A stretch of 64,000 nt of DNA from an uncultured Candidatus Saccharibacteria bacterium (GCA_964413715.1 CAYPSN010000002.1:850-64849); one strand, 5' to 3'. Numbered from the stretch's first letter, positions 1 through 9,391 are shown. Translations and numbers: made by a program. Notes: generated by a model not told the origin, from the letters alone.

Positions 1-1776
1 AGCTGGCGGAACCGTGCTCATATTCGTCCAGCCGCCATTGGGAATATTCTCGCCGCCTTGCCCTTCTGACATGCTAATGGTTGGGTTAGTCGGTGCAGTG
101 GTGTCTATCAGGTAGTTAATAGAAACTCCTGTTACCTTAAAGTCGCTACCAGCATCGGCTGACATGACTAGCTGGTATGCTAGGTATCTATTATTGGGAT
201 TCATGCAGTCACTGCTGTCGTTGGCTGGTGCTTGCTCGCTGTCCACCGTATAGGCGCACCACGTCATAGCGCTATCATCATACGACGTACCATCCCCAGT
301 GCGCAGAAGCCGCACAGCGGCACTCCCACCTGTGCCAGACGTTGTAATATTTACACTTTGTATATGCGCAATAGCGAAGTCAGGACTCAAATCGAAGCTG
401 TTAGACAATAGTGTACCTACACTCCCACCCAAAGATTCCTCCAGGCCCACACGTGTTTGCAAGCCGTTTTGTACTTTGTAGCGCTGGACATAAGGCACGT
501 TGTACGACACACTTACTCCCGCTCCGTTCCAGAAATTGAGACCAAAAGGTCCGTTATCAGAGCCTGCTTGATTACTAGACCCATTACCCATATTCACCCA
601 CGTACTACCGCTGCGGTATTGCATAACACCAGCATAATCATCCACCCCTACGCGGAAGTACCGCGGACCCGAACTGTTCGCCTGATTCTGCAATGGGCCA
701 AAATTTGCAGCACTCCAATTAAGCCCGCCATCCACCGTTTGACTACCTGAGACTACATTGTAGGTGTTGCCCGCATCACAGTTGAAGAACATTTGGTAAC
801 TCTCGGTTGTCTGACTGAAAACATTTACACCAAGCGAATTATTGATATCGCACGGGCTATTGCCGAAGCCCAGCACGTCCACGCCAAATTCATAGACCGA
901 CGAGTCGGTGCGCGTTATGCCTCCGTCTTGTGCAGTAATGCCAAAGTTATTAGATGTTCCTGTGACTGCCATATTGCCGTTGCCGTCCTGCGTGACGCCT
1001 AAATTACTCACATCATTCCACTTGTTAGCATCCAAAGCGCCATTGCCATTGAAATCGTCGTAAAAGTCGTAAACAGCCACGGGGTCAGACTGGCTGCCAG
1101 CGTTGGCATTGCCATAGTACATATATATTGGCGTAGTAGACTGCGGGACACTTGGCACCTTCACCATAACGGTAACGGAGGAGCCCTCTGCTGAGGAACG
1201 AATCACATACGGCAGATCCTGATCCCCTGCCTCATTGGTAAAACGCAGGTCCTGGAACTGACTCTGCATCTCGCTCTCGTATGCAACGGTGAACTCGACC
1301 TGCAAATCAGTGCGTGGACCGCCGCTGTTGGCTATTTCGATTTTTTTGCGCTTACTCCAGGTGTTGTCACAGTTAAGTGTCGAACACCAGTTAGTAATGG
1401 TCGTGTTCCCCAGGCTTAGTTCGTCTGGCGAACTGGTTACTATATTGGTAGCAGACTTGTACTCATTAACCGTACCGGTACCTACCCCCTGGCTCCAGTC
1501 CGACTGACTAAAGGTATCAAAGGCCTTGGCAATATTAGTAAGACCCAAGGCACCCACCAGCGCAATCGCTGCGTAAAGTCCTGCAATACCTAGGTGGACT
1601 TTTTTGTGGTGCTTCTTGGTATGCCAGGCCGCATAGCCTTTACTGTGGGCCATAAGGTGGGCGTGTGGTTTGGCGGCTACATGGTGGTGAGTTTTAGCCA
1701 AAGCAGTAGCCACACTCCTGGGCACAAACGTAATCACGCGGCGAAATTTACTCTGCTTTGTTTTTGGTTTACTCAT
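1..1776 (-). CDS. Large surface/secreted protein with a DUF2341-like domain; 3' end runs off the window
   Basis: Hand translation from ATG 1776: MSKPKTKQ... His/Lys-rich leader, hydrophobic segment, then DLRFTNEAGDQDLPY...VKVPSVP...IYMYYGN (DUF2341-like). Absent from the ORF track because no stop lies in the window. Confidence 0.8.
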   Translation of the reverse strand, partial: MSKPKTKQSKFRRVITFVPRSVATALAKTHHHVAAKPHAHLMAHSKGYAAWHTKKHHKKVHLGIAGLYAAIALVGALGLTNIAKAFDTFSQSDWSQGVGTGTVNEYKSATNIVTSSPDELSLGNTTITNWCSTLNCDNTWSKRKKIEIANSGGPRTDLQVEFTVAYESEMQSQFQDLRFTNEAGDQDLPYVIRSSAEGSSVTVMVKVPSVPQSTTPIYMYYGNANAGSQSDPVAVYDFYDDFNGNGALDANKWNDVSNLGVTQDGNGNMAVTGTSNNFGITAQDGGITRTDSSVYEFGVDVLGFGNSPCDINNSLGVNVFSQTTESYQMFFNCDAGNTYNVVSGSQTVDGGLNWSAANFGPLQNQANSSGPRYFRVGVDDYAGVMQYRSGSTWVNMGNGSSNQAGSDNGPFGLNFWNGAGVSVSYNVPYVQRYKVQNGLQTRVGLEESLGGSVGTLLSNSFDLSPDFAIAHIQSVNITTSGTGGSAAVRLLRTGDGTSYDDSAMTWCAYTVDSEQAPANDSSDCMNPNNRYLAYQLVMSADAGSDFKVTGVSINYLIDTTAPTNPTISMSEGQGGENIPNGGWTNMSTVPPA

Positions 1777-1951
1777 CTTGGGTTTTTCTAAGCTGCGCTT
1801 ACCCTACCTTAAGCGTTATTGTTAGCCCCATTATAACCTTAAGCGTTACGAGAGTGCAAATAGTTTTTTTGCCAAATATTTTGTTCAGTTTTCCCCACCC
1901 CAATTTACTTTTCCACTTGTTTTTTTAATAGTTATATGACAATATATAGTC

Positions 1952-2386
1952 ATGTTATGCCCATTCTGTCAGCACGATAAAACCGAAGTGTTCAATAGCC
2001 GTAGTACAGCTCATAGCACCCAAGTATGGCGTCGTAGGCGCTGCAAAAGCTGTCACAACGCCTTTACTACCTACGAGGCCTATGACTTAGGCTTTTTAGA
2101 CGTAAAAGACACCCATGGAGCCGTACGTGGCTATAGTCGAGCCCGGCTTTTTAGCAGCGTATATATGGCGTTTGTGGGCAGTAACCTAGAAGACGACCAA
2201 ACTATTGATAACGTTACGGCCACCATCGAGCAAAAGCTGCAGGCGCTGCAAAAACCACTTCTCCACCGTGATGAAATCATCGCGATAGTCGTAAAAACCA
2301 TTCGACCGCTCAGCATTACAGCCACTATGCGGTACCTGGCTGACCATACTCCAACAGATAGCAAAGACCCCTCTCGCCTACTTTAA
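1952..2386 (+). CDS. nrdR: Transcriptional repressor NrdR
   Basis: MLCPFC...RRRRCKSC...FTTYE zinc ribbon followed by an ATP-cone-like region. Confidence 0.9.
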   Translation: MLCPFCQHDKTEVFNSRSTAHSTQVWRRRRCKSCHNAFTTYEAYDLGFLDVKDTHGAVRGYSRARLFSSVYMAFVGSNLEDDQTIDNVTATIEQKLQALQKPLLHRDEIIAIVVKTIRPLSITATMRYLADHTPTDSKDPSRLL

Positions 2387-2501
2387 ACAACTTAACTTTC
2401 ATGCTTTCGTATGAATTGTAAGTAACTAATCGCGACGCCTATCCTGCAAAACACACTTATACTGAGTGAACATTATTTGCGTAATTTCGAACTCCAAATA
2501 C

Positions 2502-2529
2502 GTCATTCCGAGCTTGTCGAGGAATCTGC
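2502..2529 (+). repeat. 28-bp REP-like inverted repeat, left copy
   Basis: GTCATTCCGAGCTTGTCGAGGAATCTGC; exact reverse complement of 2842-2869. Confidence 0.95.
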
Positions 2530-2799
2530 CGCCAAATCCTTTAGGCCAGGGTTTATACTGCGGGCTAAATTAAGTTTCTTACTGCGTCGCCAGCCTTTCA
2601 GTTGCTTCTCTCGGGCTATAGCTTCATATATATCCCGTGCTGCCTCAAAGTACATCAGCCGATCCACACTATATCGCGAGGTAAAACCATGTACTGTTTT
2701 TGATTTATGCTCATAAACCCGCCTCTGCAAGTCATTTGTTACGCCAATATAAATCGTGCCGGTCTTGCTGGCCAACATGTAAACATATGCACCGTTCAT
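2503..2799 (-). CDS. GIY-YIG nuclease family protein
   Basis: AYVYML...TIYIGVTNDLQRRVYEHK...AIAREKQLKGWRRSKK; likely start ATG 2799; stop lies inside the left repeat. Confidence 0.92.
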   Translation of the reverse strand: MNGAYVYMLASKTGTIYIGVTNDLQRRVYEHKSKTVHGFTSRYSVDRLMYFEAARDIYEAIAREKQLKGWRRSKKLNLARSINPGLKDLAADSSTSSE

Positions 2800-2841
2800 G
2801 CCTATAAAAATATATAGCCTTATAAAACTAGGCAAGCATAT

Positions 2842-2869
2842 GCAGATTCCTCGACAAGCTCGGAATGAC
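2842..2869 (-). repeat. 28-bp REP-like inverted repeat, right copy
   Basis: GCAGATTCCTCGACAAGCTCGGAATGAC. Confidence 0.95.
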
Positions 2870-2885
2870 ACGGCTAAGCTTTGAA

Positions 2886-3045
2886 GGGCGAAAAGGTTTT
2901 CCGACCACGGGTTCGCAAGCTAGGATTCATCTCATGCTTCGACTTATTAGCATTCAACTGCGGGATCGCTATCGCTAAGTCCTCGCCGAAGCTGAAGTTC
3001 TCAGATTCGCTGATCCTGTTGCTCCAAGGTCGGGGTAAGCTCCAG
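2886..3045 (+). ncRNA. Candidate rod-shaped structured RNA (6S RNA-like)
   Basis: Nested pairings CCGACC 2901/GGTCGG 3028, AGGAT/ATCCT, GCTTCG 2936/CGAAGC 2987 and GACTTA/TAAGTC with a central bubble; ends before a terminator. Confidence 0.4.
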
Positions 3046-3050
3046 AAAAC

Positions 3051-3079
3051 AGAAAAGACCCCGAGTTGGGGTCTTTTCT
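3051..3079. terminator. Bidirectional intrinsic terminator downstream of rplY
   Basis: AGAAAAGACCCC-GAGTT-GGGGTCTTTTCT. Confidence 0.85.
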
Positions 3080-3097
3080 AAGTAGTAGAGAGCAGGT

Positions 3098-3769
3098 TTA
3101 CTCTTTAGCTTCACCTTCAGTGGCTGCTTCACCGCCTTCGCTGGCCTCACCCTCTTCGGCAGGTACAGCATCACCCACTTCGCTATCAAGCTCTTCAAGC
3201 TCTTCTTCGCTACGTGGCGGTTCTACCTTGGCAACAAGCTCTTCGGCATCAGTAAGAACCTCTACGCCTTCAGGAACTGTAAGATCAGCTACTGTAATGG
3301 TCTTTTCGAAGTCATCTAGCACTGCGATGTCGACTTCGATGTTCGACGGAAGCTTACCAGGCAAACATTCAATTTCCAGTTCACCTAGAGGTGTTACCAG
3401 ACTACCACCATCTTGGAATACAGCTGTTGATTCGCCAACAGTAACCAATGGCACTGAAGTGCGTACTACTTCGTCCATCTTTACGGTATATAGGTCGGCA
3501 TGCAATGGGAATGGTGCGTGCACACCGTGCTGAACGTCCTGAATAAGGGCATTTTTCTTGCCATCGCCTTCGATTTCAATCTCTAAAATGGTGCTGTGAC
3601 CAACGTGGGCGTAGAGTTTTGCAAACTCTGCCGCATCAACGCTTAAATTAACTGCTTCGCTACCCTGGCCGTACATTACGACTGGCATTCTCCCAGCTGT
3701 ACGCAAAGAAGCGAGTTTTTTACCTGTAATATCACGTTTTTGTGCTTTTAGCACGACTACATCTGTCAT
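3098..3769 (-). CDS. rplY: 50S ribosomal protein L25/CTC
   Basis: LRTAGRMPVVMYG, HADLY, LEIECLPGKLP, acidic tail. Confidence 0.95.
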   Translation of the reverse strand: MTDVVVLKAQKRDITGKKLASLRTAGRMPVVMYGQGSEAVNLSVDAAEFAKLYAHVGHSTILEIEIEGDGKKNALIQDVQHGVHAPFPLHADLYTVKMDEVVRTSVPLVTVGESTAVFQDGGSLVTPLGELEIECLPGKLPSNIEVDIAVLDDFEKTITVADLTVPEGVEVLTDAEELVAKVEPPRSEEELEELDSEVGDAVPAEEGEASEGGEAATEGEAKE

Positions 3770-3785
3770 GTTGTTCTCTCTATAG

Positions 3786-4181
3786 TTACTTACGTTTACG
3801 TTGAGTAGGGATTAGACCGGCAAAATTACCGGAGTAGCCACTTATCTGCAAGTGAAAATCTGCAATCTCAGCCGAACTTATAGGCTCCATGGCCGAAAAG
3901 CGTGCTTTTTCGCCTGACTTGAGGTCTGTACGAGCTCTTTTAGCACGAGGGGCTACCTGGCCGGCTGGCTTAAGGCCATTACCTGCCTGGTTGTTCTCGG
4001 TTAAGAAAACTGTGGCCAAAACAGGCAGCGAGCAACGCTGACAGTTCAGCTGCATGAAGCAGTGACTGTCTACTTTGCCCAAGAATTTGATGTCGTTGAG
4101 TCGATAACCACCGTCACAGGAAGGACACTTGTAAAAAACCTGGAGGTTTTTAATCAGCTCTTGCAGATTTTTGCTTGTCAA
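3786..4181 (-). CDS. Hypothetical protein with two CxxC motifs
   Basis: CPSC...CQRC; likely TTG start 4181 after a GAGGGAG SD. Confidence 0.7.
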   Translation of the reverse strand: MTSKNLQELIKNLQVFYKCPSCDGGYRLNDIKFLGKVDSHCFMQLNCQRCSLPVLATVFLTENNQAGNGLKPAGQVAPRAKRARTDLKSGEKARFSAMEPISSAEIADFHLQISGYSGNFAGLIPTQRKRK

Positions 4182-4229
4182 AAAAGTACTCCCTCTTGCA
4201 CTAAAGCATAGCATTTTCGCTCACTCGCG

Positions 4230-5309
4230 TCAATCTGAAGCGGTAGTGTTGGCTTGTTTTTTACGCCTTAGCAGCGTTAAGGAGAGAATAAGTATTGCTA
4301 AAATTACAACTAACAGACCAAAGGCCATAATTTTCTGTGAGCTGGAAGCCACCAGAGCAACAATCCCGAAGACAATTGAGAAGGCGTAGATAACCAAAAC
4401 GGCCTGGCGCTGACTGAGCCCAACGTCGAGCAACAGGTGGTGAATATGCCCCCTGTCGGCACTGAATGGTGAGCGGCCAGCTGCCACCCTACGCACGACT
4501 GCCCAAAATGTATCAACAATTGGCAGACCAAGTACGAGCATGGCGGTAGCCAGCTTTGCACCCGAGAATATAGCAAGAATCCCAATCGTCATACCTAAGA
4601 AGTACGCTCCGCTATCACCATTAAAAATCTTGGCTGGATAGAAATTGTAAACTAAGTAGCCCAAGCATGCGCCGGCTAATACCAAGGCTATGAGTGCTGT
4701 GTTGGGCTGATTTACTCTGGGCCCAACGGCTACAAAGAACATCACAATAGCTGCAATTGCTGCTACTCCACTCGATAATCCATCGAGACCATCGAGTAAA
4801 TTCATGGTGTTGGTCATGCCTACGAGCCAAATAGTCGTTAAAGCCACTGCCACGGCATTAATACTTAGGGTTATCCCTACGATCGGCACCGTCCACTGCG
4901 AGGTATTAAACACAAACGAAGTGCCGAAGGGGTTACTTACGGCGTCAATACTAATGCCAAACCCGATTGCCGCCACCAAGGCCGCCACAACCTGGCCTGC
5001 TAACTTCAGCCATGGGTTCACTCCCCAAACGTCATCGGCCAAACCAATCAGCAGGACCATGGTTCCAGCTACAATGAGACCAACAAATGGCTTCTGGATA
5101 GTGCTTACGAGAGCTAGACTAATGGCCGTAAACGAGGCATAGATGGCCAAGCCACCAGCCCGAGCAATTGGCTTGGTGTGGAGCTTACGCTTTTCCTTGG
5201 AAACCTGATCAACAGCACCAATACGAAAGGCCAATTTACGCACTGCGGGCACCATCAAACAAGCTACAAGTGCAGCGGCTAAAAAGCCGAATACATACAG
5301 CATGGTCAT
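4230..5309 (-). CDS. Undecaprenyl-phosphate GlcNAc-1-phosphate transferase (WecA/TagO, MraY family)
   Basis: GLADD, NTMNLLDGLDGL, IFNGDSGAYFLG, DRGHIHH; multiple TM segments. Confidence 0.92.
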   Translation of the reverse strand: MTMLYVFGFLAAALVACLMVPAVRKLAFRIGAVDQVSKEKRKLHTKPIARAGGLAIYASFTAISLALVSTIQKPFVGLIVAGTMVLLIGLADDVWGVNPWLKLAGQVVAALVAAIGFGISIDAVSNPFGTSFVFNTSQWTVPIVGITLSINAVAVALTTIWLVGMTNTMNLLDGLDGLSSGVAAIAAIVMFFVAVGPRVNQPNTALIALVLAGACLGYLVYNFYPAKIFNGDSGAYFLGMTIGILAIFSGAKLATAMLVLGLPIVDTFWAVVRRVAAGRSPFSADRGHIHHLLLDVGLSQRQAVLVIYAFSIVFGIVALVASSSQKIMAFGLLVVILAILILSLTLLRRKKQANTTASD

Positions 5310-6994
5310 TTGCTTAGACCCTTTTCAGTTACGTCAAACTCCTCCAAGTAGCGGCCAAACATGAGGCGGGTTTGCGCATTGAGCGCGGCAAAAGCGCCAA
5401 AAGCAATCGTAGTAAACGGCAACAATGCCCACTGAACAAACATCCAGAGCATTCGAGAGCGCTTGTGGTGTGCTGGCCGAGGTGGCAAGAGCAAAAAGCT
5501 CACCCAAATGGTGGCAATAATACCAACCGAAGCGAATGTCAGCACCCGCGAGGCTACTACGGGTAGTTGATGAGCCAAAACTTGGTCCTTAAAGGCTGGG
5601 TTGAGCATTAAAGGTAGCCAAGCATAGTAGGCCAATACTAATGGCGCAGTTGCCCAGCTTACATGGCCCTCCAAATGGCGCGCGATTTGGAGAAATTTAT
5701 CGCCAAAAGGCGCTCGTTGATTACGAATTGCTTCGCGCACCGCATAGGCAAAGTCACTCACCCCCCATGCCCATCGCCTGAGCTGTACAAACTGGTTTTT
5801 AAATGCCGCTCGATAGGTTCGGCCCTCGATAGCATCTTGGTAAATCGGCACATACATTGGTATGACCTTATGGTCGCCGTCGTAGGTAAAGTACGTGCGC
5901 CAGTACTGGTGGCCGTCCTCTACTACCGTGGTAACCGACCAAAAATCCGTATCAATTAGCGTTTGCAAACCTTGAGCGTGCGAAGCAAAGTTACGCAACC
6001 TGTGCGGGCGGGTCATCTCTATCATGTTCCAGAAGGAATTACCACTCGCTATCACCCGCATTGGCGCCGGCACGTCCCAAATATTGGTTAGATACATTGC
6101 TATAGGCTGGAATGATCGGCGGCGGCGGCTTGGTTCTGCTGCATAGGTAAGTGCCAAATACGAAAAGTAGTTAGGATCAACCACATTATCTTCATCAAGT
6201 GTTGTAACAATTACATTACTAACGTCAATATTGAGCTCTTCTACGATGGCTAATGACTCGCGGCCAGCGTAGGTAATGTTGGCGCCCTTCCCCTTAATTT
6301 CTCCTTTGAGGCCGTCGGGGTGCTTGATTATTCGGAATGTTTTAAAGGAGTTTTTGTAGGTAATGGCCATTTGCTCGGCGTTGCGCTCGGATTCTTCACC
6401 GCCCCGCTCCTCGTAAGCTAACACGAAGATGACTTTGCGCGCATCGCTGTTGGAATTAAGCACTGCCTCGATAGAGGGCTGCACTACCTCGGGCACTACC
6501 TTGTAACAAGGCATAATTACCAGGTGATATAGGTCTTTCGGGCGAAGAATCAGACTCTCATGCTGAGCCAGTGCCTGCAATTCGGCCACATATGCTTTCA
6601 AATCCTTACGATGCTGTGCAGCAGCATCAGGAATAAGCCTGCGGAGCAGCGAAGGCCGAGGCAGCGCCAAAAACTCTTCTTGTTTAGCCTTAACGGTAGC
6701 AGCCAAGTTGTTTAAATCATTCGCTCGCTGCTCCCAGTTGATAACCTTGCTGTTCTTGTAGCGACGGTACGCTGTAATCAACCCCAAACTCATGCGCAAC
6801 GACTTTAGCAGCCAGTATATGTCGAAGGCGATAATGAAGTAGGCCAATACCACAGGCGCGCTAAAGCTTAAATAAAACGGCAAAAGGATAATCGTCCAGG
6901 TAAGAACACCTGGCAAGATCTCCAAGATTCGATAAAACCACCGTGAATCAACGAAGCCGAGCGATATATTGGGGATACCTTTGCGTCGTGCCAT
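5306..6994 (-). CDS. Membrane glycosyltransferase, family 2
   Basis: KGKGAN, TLDED, VVEDG and QLRRW processive GT2 motifs; TM segments. Confidence 0.88.
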   Translation of the reverse strand: MARRKGIPNISLGFVDSRWFYRILEILPGVLTWTIILLPFYLSFSAPVVLAYFIIAFDIYWLLKSLRMSLGLITAYRRYKNSKVINWEQRANDLNNLAATVKAKQEEFLALPRPSLLRRLIPDAAAQHRKDLKAYVAELQALAQHESLILRPKDLYHLVIMPCYKVVPEVVQPSIEAVLNSNSDARKVIFVLAYEERGGEESERNAEQMAITYKNSFKTFRIIKHPDGLKGEIKGKGANITYAGRESLAIVEELNIDVSNVIVTTLDEDNVVDPNYFSYLALTYAAEPSRRRRSFQPIAMYLTNIWDVPAPMRVIASGNSFWNMIEMTRPHRLRNFASHAQGLQTLIDTDFWSVTTVVEDGHQYWRTYFTYDGDHKVIPMYVPIYQDAIEGRTYRAAFKNQFVQLRRWAWGVSDFAYAVREAIRNQRAPFGDKFLQIARHLEGHVSWATAPLVLAYYAWLPLMLNPAFKDQVLAHQLPVVASRVLTFASVGIIATIWVSFLLLPPRPAHHKRSRMLWMFVQWALLPFTTIAFGAFAALNAQTRLMFGRYLEEFDVTEKGLSK

Positions 6995-6996
6995 CG

Positions 6997-7386
6997 CTAC
7001 ACCCCACTATAGTTAATAGCTGTAAACCCTACGAGCATGGCAATGCAGACAATTGATACCACAACGCTTATACCCAAAAGCGCCGCGCTGAGAAAGCGGT
7101 ACCTAGAATGTGCGACAAGGGCCAAAACAAGGTTCATGCCGAAGGTAAAGGCGGCCATTGCGAATAATTGATAGAGTTGATACCACTTACCGAGCACATC
7201 GAAGTTCGCAAAGCTGGTAAACCGAATCGGCACGGCTAGCTCGGTAGGCTTAATGTTCGAAAAACTCCAAAACAGCAGCCCCGCCAGGAGTGCGAGATTA
7301 ATCAATACTAATATAAGTAGCGGCGTGTCGCTAAAAAGCTGGTGGCTCCGAACCCGACCAATGCGGCCTTTGATTTGCTTTTTCAT
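6997..7386 (-). CDS. Hypothetical membrane protein (3 TM)
   Basis: Hydrophobic helices; 2 nt upstream of the GT2 gene. Confidence 0.75.
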   Translation of the reverse strand: MKKQIKGRIGRVRSHQLFSDTPLLILVLINLALLAGLLFWSFSNIKPTELAVPIRFTSFANFDVLGKWYQLYQLFAMAAFTFGMNLVLALVAHSRYRFLSAALLGISVVVSIVCIAMLVGFTAINYSGV

Positions 7387-7433
7387 CTTATGCTCAAGTA
7401 TAGCATTTTTACGCCTTGTAGCGGAATAATTAC

Positions 7434-7509
7434 TGGAGCCACCTGCCGGGATTGAACCGGCGACCTACGCTTTACGAAAGCGTCGCTCTACCAACTGAGC
7501 TAAGGTGGC
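7434..7509 (-). tRNA. tRNA-Thr(CGT)
   Basis: Cloverleaf, anticodon arm ACGCT-TTCGTAA-AGCGT, encoded CCA. Confidence 0.97.
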
Positions 7510-7510
7510 A

Positions 7511-7584
7511 TGGAGCGGGTAACGGGAATCGAACCCGTATCTCAACCTTGGGAAGGTTGCATTCTACCACTAAACTATACCCGC
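7511..7584 (-). tRNA. tRNA-Gly(CCC)
   Basis: Anticodon arm CAACC-TTCCCAA-GGTTG, TTCGA T-loop, CCA. Confidence 0.97.
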
Positions 7585-7610
7585 CTGTACAGGGGCTCGC
7601 CGACAGATAT

Positions 7611-7649
7611 AAAATAACTCGCGTCCGTCGAGGATACGCGAGTTATTTT
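7611..7649. terminator. Hairpin/terminator downstream of ORF 7681-7908
   Basis: AAAATAACTCGCGT...ACGCGAGTTATTTT. Confidence 0.7.
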
Positions 7650-7680
7650 AGCACAACTGGGCGGCGGCTCGGTAGTATCT

Positions 7681-7908
7681 CTACCGAGAAAGACGCTTTT
7701 TCAGTTTTGACTCAAGGGTTTCCCACTGCGCCTGTTCCGCCTGCGGGGCATTTGGCAGTTTTAGCAAAAACGTAGCACCAAACTTCTTTACCGCTTCACT
7801 CCGCGTATTTACTACGTTTTCGGCATGTAGGTAAGGCACTTGGGCCTGAGGCTTTACTTTACGGACTTTAATCTTCCGTTCTTTTGTAGGTTCATAATTA
7901 TAAAACAT
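7681..7908 (-). CDS. Small basic hypothetical protein
   Basis: 75 aa; AAAGGA SD, upstream TTGATA-17-TATAAT promoter, downstream hairpin. Confidence 0.6.
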   Translation of the reverse strand: MFYNYEPTKERKIKVRKVKPQAQVPYLHAENVVNTRSEAVKKFGATFLLKLPNAPQAEQAQWETLESKLKKRLSR

Positions 7909-8155
7909 ATCAAATTCCTTTGTTCTACTTTTGTGTTCGTTTTTGTTTAGCCGAATAGGCTTTTTATTTTATGTATTCATTTTCCCTCCACGACTGTTCA
8001 ATAACAGTCTCACAACACTAACAAACGAATATTATACGCTGATTGTCAATACTTATCAAGTATATTTCTTATGTTTTATGACTTTATGATTCATCTTGCC
8101 CATATCCCCTATTTTTGCTACTATATCTAGGTTACAGTCAGCCTGAAACAAATGC

Positions 8156-8232
8156 GGGCCCGTGGTGTAGAGGCCTAACATGCCTCCCTGTCACGGAGGA
8201 GATCGCCGGTTCGAATCCGGTCGGGCCCGCCA
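8156..8232 (+). tRNA. tRNA-Asp(GTC)
   Basis: Anticodon arm CCTCC-CTGTCAC-GGAGG, CCA; terminator ATGACTCC/GGAGTCAT-T tract at 8247-8272. Confidence 0.97.
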
Positions 8233-8273
8233 GATTACTTATACCCATGACTCCCGTTAGGAGTCATTTTTTA

Positions 8274-8302
8274 TTGACATTTTAGTTTTTTTATGCCAAT
8301 AT
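8274..8302 (+). promoter_or_regulatory. Sigma70-type promoter of islet gene
   Basis: TTGACA-17nt-CAATAT. Confidence 0.55.
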
Positions 8303-8369
8303 ATATACTTATAGGTCATTGAATTCAATTCAACCCCGCACCCCAACAACGCCCCCTTGGAGGCACCAA

Positions 8370-9383
8370 ATGGACTTGACCGTAAAGATCCTGGACAACC
8401 AGGCCAACATCCATCGTGGGGACGTTCTCGTCGCTTCGATCGGCCTTGACCCCTGGGAACAGGTGGACAAAGTCATCCTCATGCCCGACATCACGCAGGA
8501 CGAGACGGAACACGTCATTCGTCTCGCGGGTTCCCACATCCGTCACTTCGTTCGTCACCGCGACACCCCCGTGTTCGGCGAGCTGATGCGAGCGAAGCAC
8601 TACGACAACACCCTGACGTGCGCCATGTCGCACGAGATGCTGGAGACCCAGCAGATCGCCGACGACGTGAAGGAGATGGAAGTCGACTTCATCAAAGAGA
8701 TGTGCAAGCAGCTCTACATCCCGATCATCGTCGCTGTGTTCAAGACTGTCGACGAAGCCATCCTTTCGATCCTCTCTGACCCCCGTCTCGACAGCAAGAT
8801 CAGGTACGAGACGACTGAGAAGGACTTCCTGGGTGAAATGGGGCTCACGGTCTACTCGGAGAAGGATTCGGGCTTCCGATTCTGGCACTCTGTCATGATC
8901 GGCGGCTTCGACCTCGATGTCGTCCCTCTCTACCACCCCGTTCGACAGGACGGCCGCTCATCAGTGGGCATGATCAACGGTGACACGGATGCATACATCC
9001 GTGGTCGATCAGTCCGTTTCATCCATGCCCCTCAGGAAGCTCTGGTCGCCAGCAGTGGCTGGGCCACCTGGAGCTACGTCAACCACCCTTACTACGCGAA
9101 AGGACCCACGTTCGGCATGAAGATCATCCCGTGGGAGCTGCTTTCGCAGGAAGGGGCTGACAGCCTGAAGGATGTCCTGCTCGGTGCCTTGGAGATCGAC
9201 GGCAAGTACGTCGAGGTCAGCGGTGGCTTCCGTGCCCCTGCGGGTACGCCTTCCATACCTCACGGAGGAAAGCGGCTCGGATCTGAGGAACGAGCATACT
9301 GGTCGATCCAGGTGCTCAAGCAAGAAGGTGAGCTCGAAGGATCTCACATCCCTAGCTGGGCCGCATCCGTGGCCCGCGTCTGA
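8370..9383 (+). CDS. GC-rich hypothetical protein (islet)
   Basis: GGAGG SD then ATG 8370; 16 of the first 20 codons end in G/C; no family recognised. Confidence 0.8.
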   Translation: MDLTVKILDNQANIHRGDVLVASIGLDPWEQVDKVILMPDITQDETEHVIRLAGSHIRHFVRHRDTPVFGELMRAKHYDNTLTCAMSHEMLETQQIADDVKEMEVDFIKEMCKQLYIPIIVAVFKTVDEAILSILSDPRLDSKIRYETTEKDFLGEMGLTVYSEKDSGFRFWHSVMIGGFDLDVVPLYHPVRQDGRSSVGMINGDTDAYIRGRSVRFIHAPQEALVASSGWATWSYVNHPYYAKGPTFGMKIIPWELLSQEGADSLKDVLLGALEIDGKYVEVSGGFRAPAGTPSIPHGGKRLGSEERAYWSIQVLKQEGELEGSHIPSWAASVARV

Positions 9384-9391
9384 CCTACCCC

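Noticed and set aside
299-1791. Short + strand ORFs
   Set aside because: Shadows of the long minus-strand surface-protein gene
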